Source of the DNA: Pseudomonadaceae bacterium
GTDB lineage: Bacteria; Pseudomonadota; Gammaproteobacteria; Pseudomonadales; Pseudomonadaceae
NCBI GenBank assembly: GCA_033838285.1
Contig: JAJLLC010000059.1
Location: forward strand, 42,995 to 106,994
Length of the DNA stretch: 64,000 nt
Direction of reading: 5' to 3'
Under the pieces are notes generated by a model. It worked only from the letters and a program-made list of their open reading frames with translations. It was not told the origin of the DNA and ran no database searches. The position numbers were made by a program, and so were the translations under genes. Of the stretch, positions 34,938 to 46,584 are shown piece after piece; the stretch's first letter is position 1, and every line of letters begins with the position of its first letter.

Positions 34938-36737
34938 ATGCGCCGTCTGCTGCCCCTGTTCCTGCTGCTGTTCACCCTGCCCGCCCTGGCCGGCCTGTTC
35001 GAGGACCCGGCGCCGCGCGGCATCATCGACGACGCTCCGCTGAACAACAGCGGCGACTTCCTGCCGGTGCGCGAGGCCTTCCGCCTGAGCCTGGTGGAAA
35101 GTGGCGAACAGTCGGTCAAGCTGCGCTTCGTCAATGCCGAGGGCTACTACCTCTACAAGCACCGCTTCAGCTTCCGCATCGAGCCCAGCGACCTGGCCAG
35201 GGGCGAGGCCGTGCTGCCGGCCGGCGAGCCCAAGCACGACGAATACTTCGGCGACGTCGAGGTGTACTACGGCATCACCGACATCACGCTGCCGATCGAC
35301 AACCCCATCGGCCTGCCCTTCACCATCCACGTCGGCTACCAGGGCTGCGCCGACAAGGGTCTGTGCTACCCGCCGGAAAGCGAACGCATCGAAGTCGACG
35401 GCCAGGGCGCGGCGCAGCCCGCCGCCCCCGACGCCACCCAGGCGCCGATCACCGCGCCGAGCGGCTGGACCTGGAAGGAGCTGGCGCTGTTCTTCCTCGG
35501 CGGCCTGGCCCTGACCTTCACCCCCTGCGTGCTGCCGATGCTGCCGATCCTCACCGGCGTGGTGCTGCGCGGCCAGCCCGGCGGCGCACGCAGCCTGGTG
35601 CTGGCCCTGGCCTACGTGCTGCCGATGGCGCTGAGCTTCGCCATCCTCGGCGCGCTGATGGGCCTGTTCGGCGCCGAACTCAACCTGCAGGCGCGCCTGC
35701 AGTCGCCCTGGGTGCTGGTGCCCTTCGCCGTGTTCTTCGCCCTGTTCGGCGCCGCCAGCCTGGGCTTCCTCGAGCTGCGCCTGCCGGCCGCCATCGACGC
35801 CCCGCTGCAGCGCCTGAGCCAGCGCCTGCACGGTGGCACCATCTACAGTGCCGCCGCCCTCGGTGTGCTCTCCAGCCTGCTGGTATCACCCTGCGTGTCG
35901 GCCCCGCTGGCCGGCGCCCTGCTCTATATCAGCGCCAGCGGCGACGCTCTCGGCGGCGGCCTCAAGCTGCTCGCCCTGGGCCTGGGCATGGGCGCGCCGC
36001 TGGTGCTGTTCGCCGTCGGCGGCGGCGCCCTGCTGCCGAAGTCCGGCCCCTGGATGGTCACCGTGCGCAACGCCTTCGGCGCCCTGCTGATGGCGGTGTC
36101 CGTGTGGCTGCTGGAGCGCGTGGTGCCCGGCCCGGTCGCCCTGGCCCTGTGGGGCCTGCTGGCCGCCGGCGTGGCCCTGTGGCTGGGCGTGCTGGAGCTG
36201 ACGCCCAAGACCCATCACCAGAAGCTGGCCCAGCTGATCGGCCTGCCGCTGCTGGTCTACGCGCTGGTCGCCTGGGTCGGCGCCCTGCAGGGCGAGAGCG
36301 ATCCGCTGCGCCCGCTGGGCCGCGCCGAGGCCGGCGCCGCCGTCGCGGCGCCGAGCGCGCAGCACGGCGAATGGCAGACCATCACCACCCCGACCGAACT
36401 GGACGCCGCCCTGGCCGCGGCCAAGGCCGCCGGCCAGCCGCTGCTGCTGGACTGGTACGCCGACTGGTGCATCAGCTGCAAGGTGATCGAGCGCGAGGTG
36501 CTCACCGCCCCGGCGGTCACCGCGCAGCTGGGCGGCTACCGGCTGATCCGTTTCGACATCACCGAGAGCCGCGAGGACCAGCGCGCCCTGCTCGACCGCT
36601 ACCAGCTGTTCGGCCCGCCGGCGATCCTGTTCTTCGCCGGCAACGGTGACGAATGGGCCGATCTGCGTGTCGTAGGTGAAATCAGCGCCGCCGACTTCGC
36701 CGACCGCCTGACCCGCGCCGCCTCGCGCCAGAACTGA
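34938..36737 (+). CDS. dsbD: Thiol:disulfide interchange protein DsbD (DipZ)
   Basis: QGCADKGLCYPP, FTPCVLPM, SPCVSAPL, WCISC. Confidence 0.96.
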   Translation: MRRLLPLFLLLFTLPALAGLFEDPAPRGIIDDAPLNNSGDFLPVREAFRLSLVESGEQSVKLRFVNAEGYYLYKHRFSFRIEPSDLARGEAVLPAGEPKHDEYFGDVEVYYGITDITLPIDNPIGLPFTIHVGYQGCADKGLCYPPESERIEVDGQGAAQPAAPDATQAPITAPSGWTWKELALFFLGGLALTFTPCVLPMLPILTGVVLRGQPGGARSLVLALAYVLPMALSFAILGALMGLFGAELNLQARLQSPWVLVPFAVFFALFGAASLGFLELRLPAAIDAPLQRLSQRLHGGTIYSAAALGVLSSLLVSPCVSAPLAGALLYISASGDALGGGLKLLALGLGMGAPLVLFAVGGGALLPKSGPWMVTVRNAFGALLMAVSVWLLERVVPGPVALALWGLLAAGVALWLGVLELTPKTHHQKLAQLIGLPLLVYALVAWVGALQGESDPLRPLGRAEAGAAVAAPSAQHGEWQTITTPTELDAALAAAKAAGQPLLLDWYADWCISCKVIEREVLTAPAVTAQLGGYRLIRFDITESREDQRALLDRYQLFGPPAILFFAGNGDEWADLRVVGEISAADFADRLTRAASRQN

Positions 36738-36859
36738 CGTCGTCATATTTCTGCCGCAAATTTCGTCCATCGTGCCGACTACTCCCGGCAACTGGACAGC
36801 CCGCAGCGCTTTCGGCATAGTCCCGGCCAATCCAAGGTCAGAACAACAAGGAAGCGCCC

Positions 36860-37303
36860 ATGGCCACCCTCCTGGTGCTGCACGGCCCCAACCTCAACCT
36901 GCTGGGCACCCGCGAGCCCGACAAATACGGCGCCACCACCCTGGCCGAGATCAACCAGGACCTGGAACAGCGCGCCCGCGCCGCCGGCCATCACCTGCTG
37001 TACCTGCAGAGCAACGCCGAGTACGAACTGATCGAGCGCATTCATGCGGCGAAAGGTGAAGGAGTCGACTTCATCCTCATCAATCCGGCGGCTTTCACCC
37101 ACACCAGCGTCGCATTACGTGACGCGCTGCTGGCGGTGAGCATCCCATTCATCGAAGTGCACCTGTCCAACGTGCACAAGCGCGAACCCTTCCGCCATCA
37201 CTCCTACTTTTCCGACGTAGCGGTGGGAGTGATCTGCGGCCTTGGCGCCAGCGGTTATCGACTGGCCCTGGAGGCCGCCCTGGAACAATTAGAACGCCCC
37301 TGA
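36860..37303 (+). CDS. aroQ: Type II 3-dehydroquinate dehydratase
   Basis: [30 protein letters not shown]. Confidence 0.97.
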   Translation: MATLLVLHGPNLNLLGTREPDKYGATTLAEINQDLEQRARAAGHHLLYLQSNAEYELIERIHAAKGEGVDFILINPAAFTHTSVALRDALLAVSIPFIEVHLSNVHKREPFRHHSYFSDVAVGVICGLGASGYRLALEAALEQLERP

Positions 37304-37328
37304 CCTCACCCTTGGGAGTTGAAAAGCT

Positions 37329-37793
37329 ATGGATATCCGTAAAGTCAAAAAACTGATCGAGCTGCTGGAAGAGTCCGGTATCGACGAGCTGGAGATCCGC
37401 GAAGGCGAAGAGTCCGTGCGCATCAGCCGGCACAGCAACAAGGCCATGGCCGCCCAGCCGGTGTATGCCGCCGCGCCGGCCCCGGTCGCCGCACCGGCTG
37501 CACCGGTCGCCGCCGCAGCCCCGGCTGCCGAAGCCGCGCCGGCCGCCGCCAAGCTGAACGGCCACGTGGTGCGCTCGCCGATGGTCGGCACCTTCTACCG
37601 CGCCGCCTCGCCGACCTCGGCCAACTTCGCCGAAGTCGGCCAGAGCGTGAAGAAAGGCGACATCCTGTGCATCGTCGAAGCCATGAAGATGATGAACCAC
37701 ATCGAGGCCGAAGCCAGCGGCGTGATCGAGTCGATCCTCGTCGAGAACGGCCAGCCGGTTGAGTACGACCAGCCCCTGTTCACCATCGTTTGA
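37329..37793 (+). CDS. accB: Acetyl-CoA carboxylase biotin carboxyl carrier protein
   Basis: [11 protein letters not shown], Ala/Pro linker, EAMKM. Confidence 0.98.
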   Translation: MDIRKVKKLIELLEESGIDELEIREGEESVRISRHSNKAMAAQPVYAAAPAPVAAPAAPVAAAAPAAEAAPAAAKLNGHVVRSPMVGTFYRAASPTSANFAEVGQSVKKGDILCIVEAMKMMNHIEAEASGVIESILVENGQPVEYDQPLFTIV

Positions 37794-37809
37794 TGACGGG
37801 GAGCCCGTA

Positions 37810-39165
37810 ATGCAGAAGCTGGAGAAAGTCCTGATCGCCAACCGTGGCGAAATCGCCCTGCGCATCCTGCGCGCCTGCAAGGAGCTGGGCATCCCGACGG
37901 TGGCCGTCTACTCCACCGCCGACCGCGACCTGATGCACCTGGGCCTGGCTGACGAAACCGTGTGCATCGGCCCGGCGCCGGGCGCCCAGTCCTACCTGAA
38001 CATCCCGGCCATCATCAGCGCCGCCGAAGTCACCGGCGCCACCGCCATCCACCCGGGCTACGGCTTCCTCGCCGAGAACGCCGACTTCGCCGAGCAGATC
38101 GAGAAGTCCGGCTTCAAGTTCGTCGGCCCGACCGGCGACGTGATCCGCCTGATGGGCGACAAGGTCTCCGCCAAGGAAGCCATGATCAAGTCCGGCGTAC
38201 CGGTGGTACCGGGCTCCGACGGCCCGCTGCCGGAAGACGAGGAAGAAGCACTGCGCATCGCCCGCGAAGTGGGCTACCCGGTGATCATCAAGGCCGCCGG
38301 CGGTGGCGGTGGTCGCGGCATGCGCGTGGTGCACAAGGAAGAAGACCTGATCAAGTCGGCCAAGCTGACCCGCACCGAGGCCGGTGCCGCGTTCGGCAAT
38401 CCGATGGTCTACCTGGAGAAGTTCCTCGGCAATCCGCGCCACGTGGAAGTCCAGGTGCTCTCCGACGGCCAGGGCAACGCCATCCACCTGTACGACCGCG
38501 ACTGCTCGCTGCAGCGCCGCCACCAGAAGGTGCTGGAGGAGGCCCCCGCCCCGCTGATCGACGAGAAGGCCCGCGCCGAAGTGCTCAAGCGCTGCGTCGA
38601 CGCCTGTGTAGAGATCGGCTACCGCGGCGCCGGCACCTTCGAGTTCCTCTACGAAGACGGCCGCTTCTACTTCATCGAGATGAACACCCGCGTGCAGGTC
38701 GAGCACCCGGTCACCGAGATGGTCACCGGCATCGACATCGTCAAGGAGATGCTCAGCATCGCCGCCGGCAACAAGCTGTCGATCAAGCAGGAAGACGTGA
38801 AGATCCTCGGCCACGCCCTGGAATGCCGGATCAACGCCGAAGACCCGGACAACTTCATGCCCTGCCCCGGCAAGGTCAAGCACTTCCACGCCCCGGGCGG
38901 CAACGGCATCCGCGTCGACTCGCACCTGTACAGCGGCTACTCGGTGCCGCCGAACTACGACTCGCTGATCGGCAAGCTGATCAGCTACGGTCGCACCCGC
39001 GACGAAGCCATGGCACGCATGCGCAATGCCCTGGACGAGATCGTGGTCGACGGCATCAAGACCAACATCCCACTGCACCGCGACCTGACCCGTGACAAGG
39101 GCTTCCTCAAGGGTGGAGTGAACATTCACTACCTCGAGAAGAAGCTGGGCATGGACAAGCACTGA
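37810..39165 (+). CDS. accC: Biotin carboxylase
   Basis: [35 protein letters not shown]. Confidence 0.98.
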   Translation: MQKLEKVLIANRGEIALRILRACKELGIPTVAVYSTADRDLMHLGLADETVCIGPAPGAQSYLNIPAIISAAEVTGATAIHPGYGFLAENADFAEQIEKSGFKFVGPTGDVIRLMGDKVSAKEAMIKSGVPVVPGSDGPLPEDEEEALRIAREVGYPVIIKAAGGGGGRGMRVVHKEEDLIKSAKLTRTEAGAAFGNPMVYLEKFLGNPRHVEVQVLSDGQGNAIHLYDRDCSLQRRHQKVLEEAPAPLIDEKARAEVLKRCVDACVEIGYRGAGTFEFLYEDGRFYFIEMNTRVQVEHPVTEMVTGIDIVKEMLSIAAGNKLSIKQEDVKILGHALECRINAEDPDNFMPCPGKVKHFHAPGGNGIRVDSHLYSGYSVPPNYDSLIGKLISYGRTRDEAMARMRNALDEIVVDGIKTNIPLHRDLTRDKGFLKGGVNIHYLEKKLGMDKH

Positions 39166-39210
39166 GCCTCACAGCCCGCCGATCGTCGGCGGGACGTGAA
39201 CCAGATGCTC

Positions 39211-39243
39211 ACAGAGGCCGCCTTCGGGCGGCTTCTGTCGTTT
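39211..39243 (+). terminator. Probable intrinsic terminator after accC
   Basis: ACAGAGGCCGCC-TTCG-GGCGGCTTCTGT then CGTTT. Confidence 0.6.
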
Positions 39244-39316
39244 CGGCGCCTGAACTGGCGAGCCGTCGCCCCCTCAAGTAAGCTGCGCGCCCACGCAACA
39301 CCACACGAGGTTCGCC

Positions 39317-40198
39317 ATGCCCTGGTTACAAGTCCGTCTCGCCATCACCCCGGAACAGGCGGAGACCTACGAGGACGCCCTGCTCGGCGTCGGCGCCGTG
39401 TCGGTGACCTTCATGGACGCCGAGGACCAGCCGATCTTCGAGCCGGACCTGGGCACCACCCCGCTGTGGTCGCACACCCACCTGCTGGCCCTGTTCGAGG
39501 CCGACACCGATCCGACCAACCTGGTCGCGCACCTCGAGCTGCTCACCGGCGCCCCGCTGCCCGAGCACCAGATCGAGCGCATCGAGGACCAGGACTGGGA
39601 ACGCAGCTGGATGGACAACTTCCAGCCCATGCGCTTCGGCCAGCGCCTGTGGATAGTGCCGAGCTGGCACGCCGCGCCGCAGCCTGAGGCGGTCAACCTG
39701 CTGCTCGACCCGGGCCTGGCCTTCGGCACCGGCACCCACCCGACCACCGCGCTGTGCCTGGAATGGCTGGACGGTCAGGATCTCACCGGCTGCACCGTGC
39801 TCGACTTCGGCTGCGGCTCCGGCATCCTGGCCATCGCCGCCCTGCTGCTCGGCGCGCCCCAGGCGCTCGGCACCGACATCGACCCGCAGGCCCTGGAGGC
39901 CTCGCGCGACAACGCCTCGCGCAACGGCATCGACCCGGCGCGCTTCCCGGTCTACCTGCCCGCCGACCTGCCGCAGCAGCCGGCCGAGGTGGTAGTGGCC
40001 AATATCCTGGCCGGCCCGCTGGTATCCCTGGCGCCGCAGATCAGCGCCCTGGTCAAGGCCGGCGGACGCCTGGCGCTATCCGGCATCCTCGCCGAGCAGG
40101 CCGAGGAAGTGCGCGCCGCCTACTCCGGCGCCTTCGACCTCGACCCGACCGCGAACAAGGACGGCTGGGTCCGCATCAGCGGCGTCAAGCGCGACTAG
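39317..40198 (+). CDS. prmA: Ribosomal protein L11 methyltransferase
   Basis: [30 protein letters not shown]. Confidence 0.97.
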   Translation: MPWLQVRLAITPEQAETYEDALLGVGAVSVTFMDAEDQPIFEPDLGTTPLWSHTHLLALFEADTDPTNLVAHLELLTGAPLPEHQIERIEDQDWERSWMDNFQPMRFGQRLWIVPSWHAAPQPEAVNLLLDPGLAFGTGTHPTTALCLEWLDGQDLTGCTVLDFGCGSGILAIAALLLGAPQALGTDIDPQALEASRDNASRNGIDPARFPVYLPADLPQQPAEVVVANILAGPLVSLAPQISALVKAGGRLALSGILAEQAEEVRAAYSGAFDLDPTANKDGWVRISGVKRD

Positions 40199-40354
40199 CC
40201 AGGCGCAAGCGCAACCTGCGCAGGGTCGACGCGCGCTTGAGTCCGTTCTTGGCGCACCGACGGCAACGCAGATAGTGTTCAACAGCCTGCCAACCCCTTG
40301 TAAATCCAGGCCAGGCCCCGGGTAAACTAGCGCCTGATTCGCACGGACCGCCGC

Positions 40355-41734
40355 ATGACCGACAGCTTCGTCACCCAATGCCCCCACTGCCGCACCAGCT
40401 TCCGCATCAGCCGCGCGCAGCTGGGCGCCGCCCATGGCGCCGTGCGCTGCGGGGCCTGCATGCGCGTGTTCAATGCCGCCCAGCAACTGCTGGTGGACCA
40501 GAACCGGGCCGGCAAACCGGCGACTCCGACTCCGACTCCGACTCCGACTCCGACTCCGACTCCGACTCCGACTCCGACTCCGACTCCGACCAAGCCTGCG
40601 GCGCCCCAGGCCGCCGCGCAACCGCCACGCCCGTCGCCTGCCCCGACACCCGCAGTCGCACCGCCTGCCGCGGAGGCCAAGCCTGCGGAGACCCTGTGGA
40701 TTCACGACGACCTGGACCTGGACAGCCTGGACCTGGACGAGGAGCTGGCCAAGCTGGAGGAGCAGGAACTGCAACTGTCCCGCGAGTTCCTGGCGACGGA
40801 CAGCGCGCCCAAGCCCGCCGAGCGCCTGCTGCGCGGCGAGGACGAAGACCAGCGCCACGACGAGAGCTGGGCCGAGTCGCTGATCAAGGACGAGCCACCG
40901 CGCAAGCCCGCCCCCATGCCGCGCCCGCGCGTCGAGGCGGCGCAGCCCGTACCGGCCCCGGAGTCGCGCCCCGATCCGAGTCTGGAACCGACGATCCAGG
41001 CCGAGCCGCCGCGCAAGGCGCAGCCCATCGAAGAGCCGTCACGCGAACGCGACGAGCCGGCACTGGGCGACCTGTCCGCCACCGGCGAGGATGAGGCCGA
41101 GGAGATCGGCGACGGCGACTACGGTGTCGCCGCCGAACCGTCGCCGCCCCAACCTGCCAGGCCTGCCCGCGGCGAGCCGGTGCTGCGCGACGACAGCCTG
41201 CTGGAGCTCAGCGACGACCCGCTACAACTGGACTGGCAGCAGCCGAAGAAACCCTGGGGCCGCTGGATCGGCTGGGGACTGCTGAACCTGCTGGCCGCCG
41301 GCGCCCTGTGCATCCAGTACGTGGTCTACCACTTCGAGGAACTGGCCCGCCAGGATCAGTACCGCCCCTGGTTCGAGACCCTCTGCCCGGAAATCGGCTG
41401 CACCCTGCCGTCCAAGGTCGATATCGCACAGATTCGCAGCACCAACCTGGTGGTGCGCAGCCACCCGCAATACATGGATGCCCTGCTGGTCGACGCCATC
41501 CTCTACAACCGCGCGCCCTTCGCCCAGCCCTTCCCGCTGCTGGAACTGCGCTTCGCCGACCTCAACGGCCAGCTGATCGCCAGCAGCCGCTTCCGCCCCA
41601 GCGAGTACCTCAGCGGCGAGCTGGCCGGCCAGAGCGAAATGCCGCCGCAGACGCCCATCCATATCTCCCTGGAGATCCAGGACCCGGGCGCCAGAGCGGT
41701 CAACTACAGCCTCAGCTTCCACTCCCCCGAATAA
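40355..41734 (+). CDS. Zinc-ribbon / DUF3426-like membrane-anchored protein
   Basis: TQCPHC.T.F and VRCG.C..VFNA zinc ribbon, long low-complexity linker, TM, C-terminal Ig-like domain. Confidence 0.85.
   Translation: MTDSFVTQCPHCRTSFRISRAQLGAAHGAVRCGACMRVFNAAQQLLVDQNRAGKPATPTPTPTPTPTPTPTPTPTPTPTKPAAPQAAAQPPRPSPAPTPAVAPPAAEAKPAETLWIHDDLDLDSLDLDEELAKLEEQELQLSREFLATDSAPKPAERLLRGEDEDQRHDESWAESLIKDEPPRKPAPMPRPRVEAAQPVPAPESRPDPSLEPTIQAEPPRKAQPIEEPSRERDEPALGDLSATGEDEAEEIGDGDYGVAAEPSPPQPARPARGEPVLRDDSLLELSDDPLQLDWQQPKKPWGRWIGWGLLNLLAAGALCIQYVVYHFEELARQDQYRPWFETLCPEIGCTLPSKVDIAQIRSTNLVVRSHPQYMDALLVDAILYNRAPFAQPFPLLELRFADLNGQLIASSRFRPSEYLSGELAGQSEMPPQTPIHISLEIQDPGARAVNYSLSFHSPE
40521..40590 (+). repeat. 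Perfect hexanucleotide microsatellite (CGACTC)11.7 encoding (Thr-Pro)11
   Basis: Read directly from the sequence; no interruptions. Confidence 0.98.
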
Positions 41735-41824
41735 GCCGCAAGCGCCGAAATTCCGGCGCTCGCGGCCCATTCCCCAGCCAACGGCGATAAGCCGCCGGCT
41801 GCTCATAATTTGTTCAAAACAACC

Positions 41825-41860
41825 TTTATCCGGTCATCGAGAGCGGGTATCATGCCCTCC
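41825..41860 (+). promoter_or_regulatory. Putative sigma70 promoter of dusB-fis with GC-rich discriminator
   Basis: TTTATC-N17-TATCAT-GCCCTCC. Confidence 0.55.
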
Positions 41861-41944
41861 CTTTTCCGCACTCCCCCGAACGCCGTCCTCCGCATCGGCG
41901 GGCTACGCCTTTGCCCGGACGACTTCGAGATAACAGGGATGACC

Positions 41945-42943
41945 ATGTCGGTGGTACGCATCGGCCCTTACACACTGCCCAACCCGCTGATCCTCGCCCC
42001 CATGGCGGGCGTCACCGATCAGCCGTTTCGCCAGCTGTGCCGGCGGCTGGGTGCAGGCATGGTGGTATCGGAAATGGTCACCAGTGACGTGCGCCTGTGG
42101 AACAGTCGCAAGTCGCGCCTGCGCCTGGTGCACCAGGGCGACCCCGAGCCGCGTTCGGTGCAGATCGCCGGTGGCGACCCCGAGATGCTTGCCGAGGCCG
42201 CCCGCCGCAACGTCGAGCTGGGCGCGCAGATCATCGACATCAACATGGGCTGCCCGGCCAAGAAGGTGTGCAACAAGGCCGCCGGCTCGGCGCTGATGAA
42301 AGACGAGAGCCTGGTCGCCGCCATCCTCGACGCCGTGGTCGGGGCGGTCGAGGTGCCGGTCACCCTGAAGATCCGCACCGGCTGGGACCGGGCGAACAAG
42401 AACGGCATCACAGTGGCGAAAATCGCCGAACAGGCCGGCATCGCCGCCCTCGCCGTACACGGCCGCACCCGCGCCGACCTGTACACCGGCGAGGCCGAGT
42501 ACGACACCATCGCCGCGATCAAGCAGGCAGTCTCCATTCCGGTGTTCGCCAATGGCGACATCGATTCGCCGCGCAAGGCCAGGCAGGTGCTAGACGCCAC
42601 CGGCGCCGATGCCCTGCTGATCGGTCGCGCGGCACAGGGGCGGCCGTGGATCTTCCGCGAGATCGCCCATTACCTGGCGACCGGCAAGGAGCTGTCGGCG
42701 CCGACGCTGTACGAAGTGGAACAGATTCTGCTGGAGCACCTGGCCGCACTGCACGCCTTCTACGGCGAACACATGGGCGTGCGTATCGCGCGCAAGCATG
42801 TCGGCTGGTATCTGGCAACCCTGCCCGGCGCGAAGGAGTTCCGCGCCGCATTCAATCGTCTGGAAAGTACGGACGCGCAGTGCACCGCCGTTCGGCAGTT
42901 CTTCGCCGAGCAGAACAACAAAGGAGAAGGGGTGGCCGCATGA
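41945..42943 (+). CDS. dusB: tRNA-dihydrouridine synthase B
   Basis: LAPMAGVTD, IDINMGCP, HGRTR, NGDI; upstream of fis. Confidence 0.97.
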   Translation: MSVVRIGPYTLPNPLILAPMAGVTDQPFRQLCRRLGAGMVVSEMVTSDVRLWNSRKSRLRLVHQGDPEPRSVQIAGGDPEMLAEAARRNVELGAQIIDINMGCPAKKVCNKAAGSALMKDESLVAAILDAVVGAVEVPVTLKIRTGWDRANKNGITVAKIAEQAGIAALAVHGRTRADLYTGEAEYDTIAAIKQAVSIPVFANGDIDSPRKARQVLDATGADALLIGRAAQGRPWIFREIAHYLATGKELSAPTLYEVEQILLEHLAALHAFYGEHMGVRIARKHVGWYLATLPGAKEFRAAFNRLESTDAQCTAVRQFFAEQNNKGEGVAA

Positions 42944-43275
42944 CCAGGATGACCGAGCCGTTTTTTGAGCAATCCGTTTTTGATGGGGCAGTACCCGTGA
43001 GCGACAACGCCAACCTGAAGCAGCACCTGAATACCCCCTTCGAACAGGGCCAGTCCCTGCGCGACAGCGTGGAGAAGGCCCTGCACAACTACTTCGCCCA
43101 TCTCGAAGGGGCCGAAGTGACCGACGTCTACAATCTGGTACTGACCGAGGTCGAGGCGCCGCTGCTGGAAACCGTGATGAACCATGTCAAGGGCAACCAG
43201 ACCAAGGCCTCCGAGCTGCTCGGCCTGAACCGCGGCACCCTGCGCAAGAAGCTCAAGCAGTACGACCTGCTGTAA
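42940..43275 (+). CDS. fis: Nucleoid-associated protein Fis
   Basis: EVEAPLL..VM...KGNQTKA..LLGLNRGTLRKKLKQY; ATGA overlap with dusB. Confidence 0.96.
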   Translation: MTRMTEPFFEQSVFDGAVPVSDNANLKQHLNTPFEQGQSLRDSVEKALHNYFAHLEGAEVTDVYNLVLTEVEAPLLETVMNHVKGNQTKASELLGLNRGTLRKKLKQYDLL

Positions 43276-43290
43276 GACCCGACATCGAAG

Positions 43291-43318
43291 AAAGGGTGGC
43301 CATGCGCCACCCTTTTTT
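43291..43318 (+). terminator. Intrinsic terminator after fis
   Basis: AAAGGGTGGC-CATGC-GCCACCCTTTTTT. Confidence 0.85.
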
Positions 43319-43347
43319 ACTGAATTCCCGCTCCGATGGACTTTGCA

Positions 43348-44955
<1,608 letters not shown>

Positions 44956-44957
44956 TA

Positions 44958-45080
44958 TCGGCCGCACTGAAACCGGCATCTGCGTTGTTGCCCCAGGCCC
45001 CGCCAATGCTCATTGCCACTAGGCAACTGCGCTTGTCGGAACCTGGGGCGCCTAGCATCTACCGGCTTCATCGCGACCTA
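44958..45080. mobile_element. About 123-bp imperfect palindromic MITE/ERIC-like element (decayed)
   Basis: Nested inverted arms TGAAACCGG/CCGGCTTCA, GCCCCAGG/CCTGGGGC, TTGCC/GGCAA; right end in TA. Confidence 0.5.
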
Positions 45081-45151
45081 GTTGTGAGTTGCCAAATTTT
45101 TCATGAGAAGGATGGCCGAGCCGTCCTTCCCGCCTCCACAAGGAGAGAGAC

Positions 45152-46441
45152 ATGAACGTACTGATCATCGGCAGCGGCGGCCGCGAGCACGCTCTGGCCT
45201 GGAAAGTGGCGCAGGACAAGCGCGTCGAGAAGGTCTTCGTCGCCCCGGGCAACGCCGGCACCGCCCTTGAGGCCAAGTGCGAGAACGTCGCCATCGACGT
45301 ACTGGCCATTGAGCAGCTGGCTGACTTCGCCGAGAAGCACGTGCAGCTGACCATCGTCGGCCCCGAGGCGCCGCTGGTGAAGGGCGTGGTCGACCTGTTC
45401 CGCTCGCGCGGCCTGGACATCTTCGGCCCCACTGCCGCCGCCGCCCAGCTGGAAGGCTCCAAGGCCTTCACCAAGGACTTCCTCGCCCGGCACAAGATTC
45501 CCACCGCCGACTACCAGAACTTCACCGAAGTCGAGCCGGCCCTGGCCTACCTGCGCGAGAAGGGCGCCCCCATCGTGGTCAAGGCCGACGGTCTGGCCGC
45601 CGGCAAGGGCGTGATCGTCGCCATGACCCTGGCAGAAGCCGAAGAGGCCGTGCGTGACATGCTGTCGGGCAACGCCTTCGGTGACGCCGGCGCGCGCGTG
45701 GTGATCGAGGAATTCCTTGATGGCGAGGAAGCCTCCTTCATCGTCATGGTCGACGGCGAGCACGTGCTGCCGATGGCCACCAGCCAGGACCACAAGCGCG
45801 TCGGCGACGGCGACAGCGGCCCCAACACCGGCGGCATGGGCGCCTACTCGCCGGCTCCGGTGGTGACCCCGGCCGTACACCAGCGCGTGATGGACGAGGT
45901 GATCTACCCGACCGTGCGCGGCATGGCCAGCGAAGGCAACGTCTACACCGGCTTCCTCTACGCCGGCCTGATGATCGACAAGAGCGGCGCACCCAAGGTC
46001 ATCGAGTTCAACTGCCGCTTCGGCGACCCGGAGACCCAGCCGGTCATGCTGCGCCTGGAATCCTCCCTGGTCCTGCTGGTCGAGGCCGCCCTGGCCAAGG
46101 CCCTGGACAAGGTCGAGGCGACCTGGGACCCGCGTCCGACCGTGGGCGTGGTGATCGCCGCCGGCGGCTATCCGGGCGACTACGCCAAGGGTGACGTCAT
46201 CGAAGGCCTGGACGCCGCCGCCAAGCTCGACGGCAAGGTGTTCCACGCCGGTACCGCGCTCAAGGACGGCCAGATCGTCACCGCCGGCGGCCGCGTGCTG
46301 TGCGCCACCGCCATCGGCCCGAGCGTGTCGTCCGCCCAGCAGCAGGCCTACCGCCTGGCCGAGCAGATCCGCTGGAACGGCAGCTTCTACCGCAAGGACA
46401 TCGGCTACCGCGCCATCGCCCGCGAACAGGGCGACAAGTGA
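45152..46441 (+). CDS. purD: Phosphoribosylamine-glycine ligase
   Basis: [38 protein letters not shown]. Confidence 0.98.
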   Translation: MNVLIIGSGGREHALAWKVAQDKRVEKVFVAPGNAGTALEAKCENVAIDVLAIEQLADFAEKHVQLTIVGPEAPLVKGVVDLFRSRGLDIFGPTAAAAQLEGSKAFTKDFLARHKIPTADYQNFTEVEPALAYLREKGAPIVVKADGLAAGKGVIVAMTLAEAEEAVRDMLSGNAFGDAGARVVIEEFLDGEEASFIVMVDGEHVLPMATSQDHKRVGDGDSGPNTGGMGAYSPAPVVTPAVHQRVMDEVIYPTVRGMASEGNVYTGFLYAGLMIDKSGAPKVIEFNCRFGDPETQPVMLRLESSLVLLVEAALAKALDKVEATWDPRPTVGVVIAAGGYPGDYAKGDVIEGLDAAAKLDGKVFHAGTALKDGQIVTAGGRVLCATAIGPSVSSAQQQAYRLAEQIRWNGSFYRKDIGYRAIAREQGDK

Positions 46442-46505
46442 CGGCAACCGCGCGCGCCGCGCGTTTGCGACCGGGCGCAAGGTAAAGATGCGGTAAAGCG
46501 CGCAG

Positions 46506-46531
46506 AAAGGCAGCCAGGACGGCTGCCTTTT
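46506..46531 (+). terminator. Hairpin between purD and retS (terminator-like, AGGAC loop)
   Basis: AAAGGCAGCC-AGGAC-GGCTGCCTTTT. Confidence 0.65.
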
Positions 46532-46584
46532 GTGCATTGGCCATAGCTATAATCGAAAAATTGCCTTTCGAAGGGACTTCGCCC

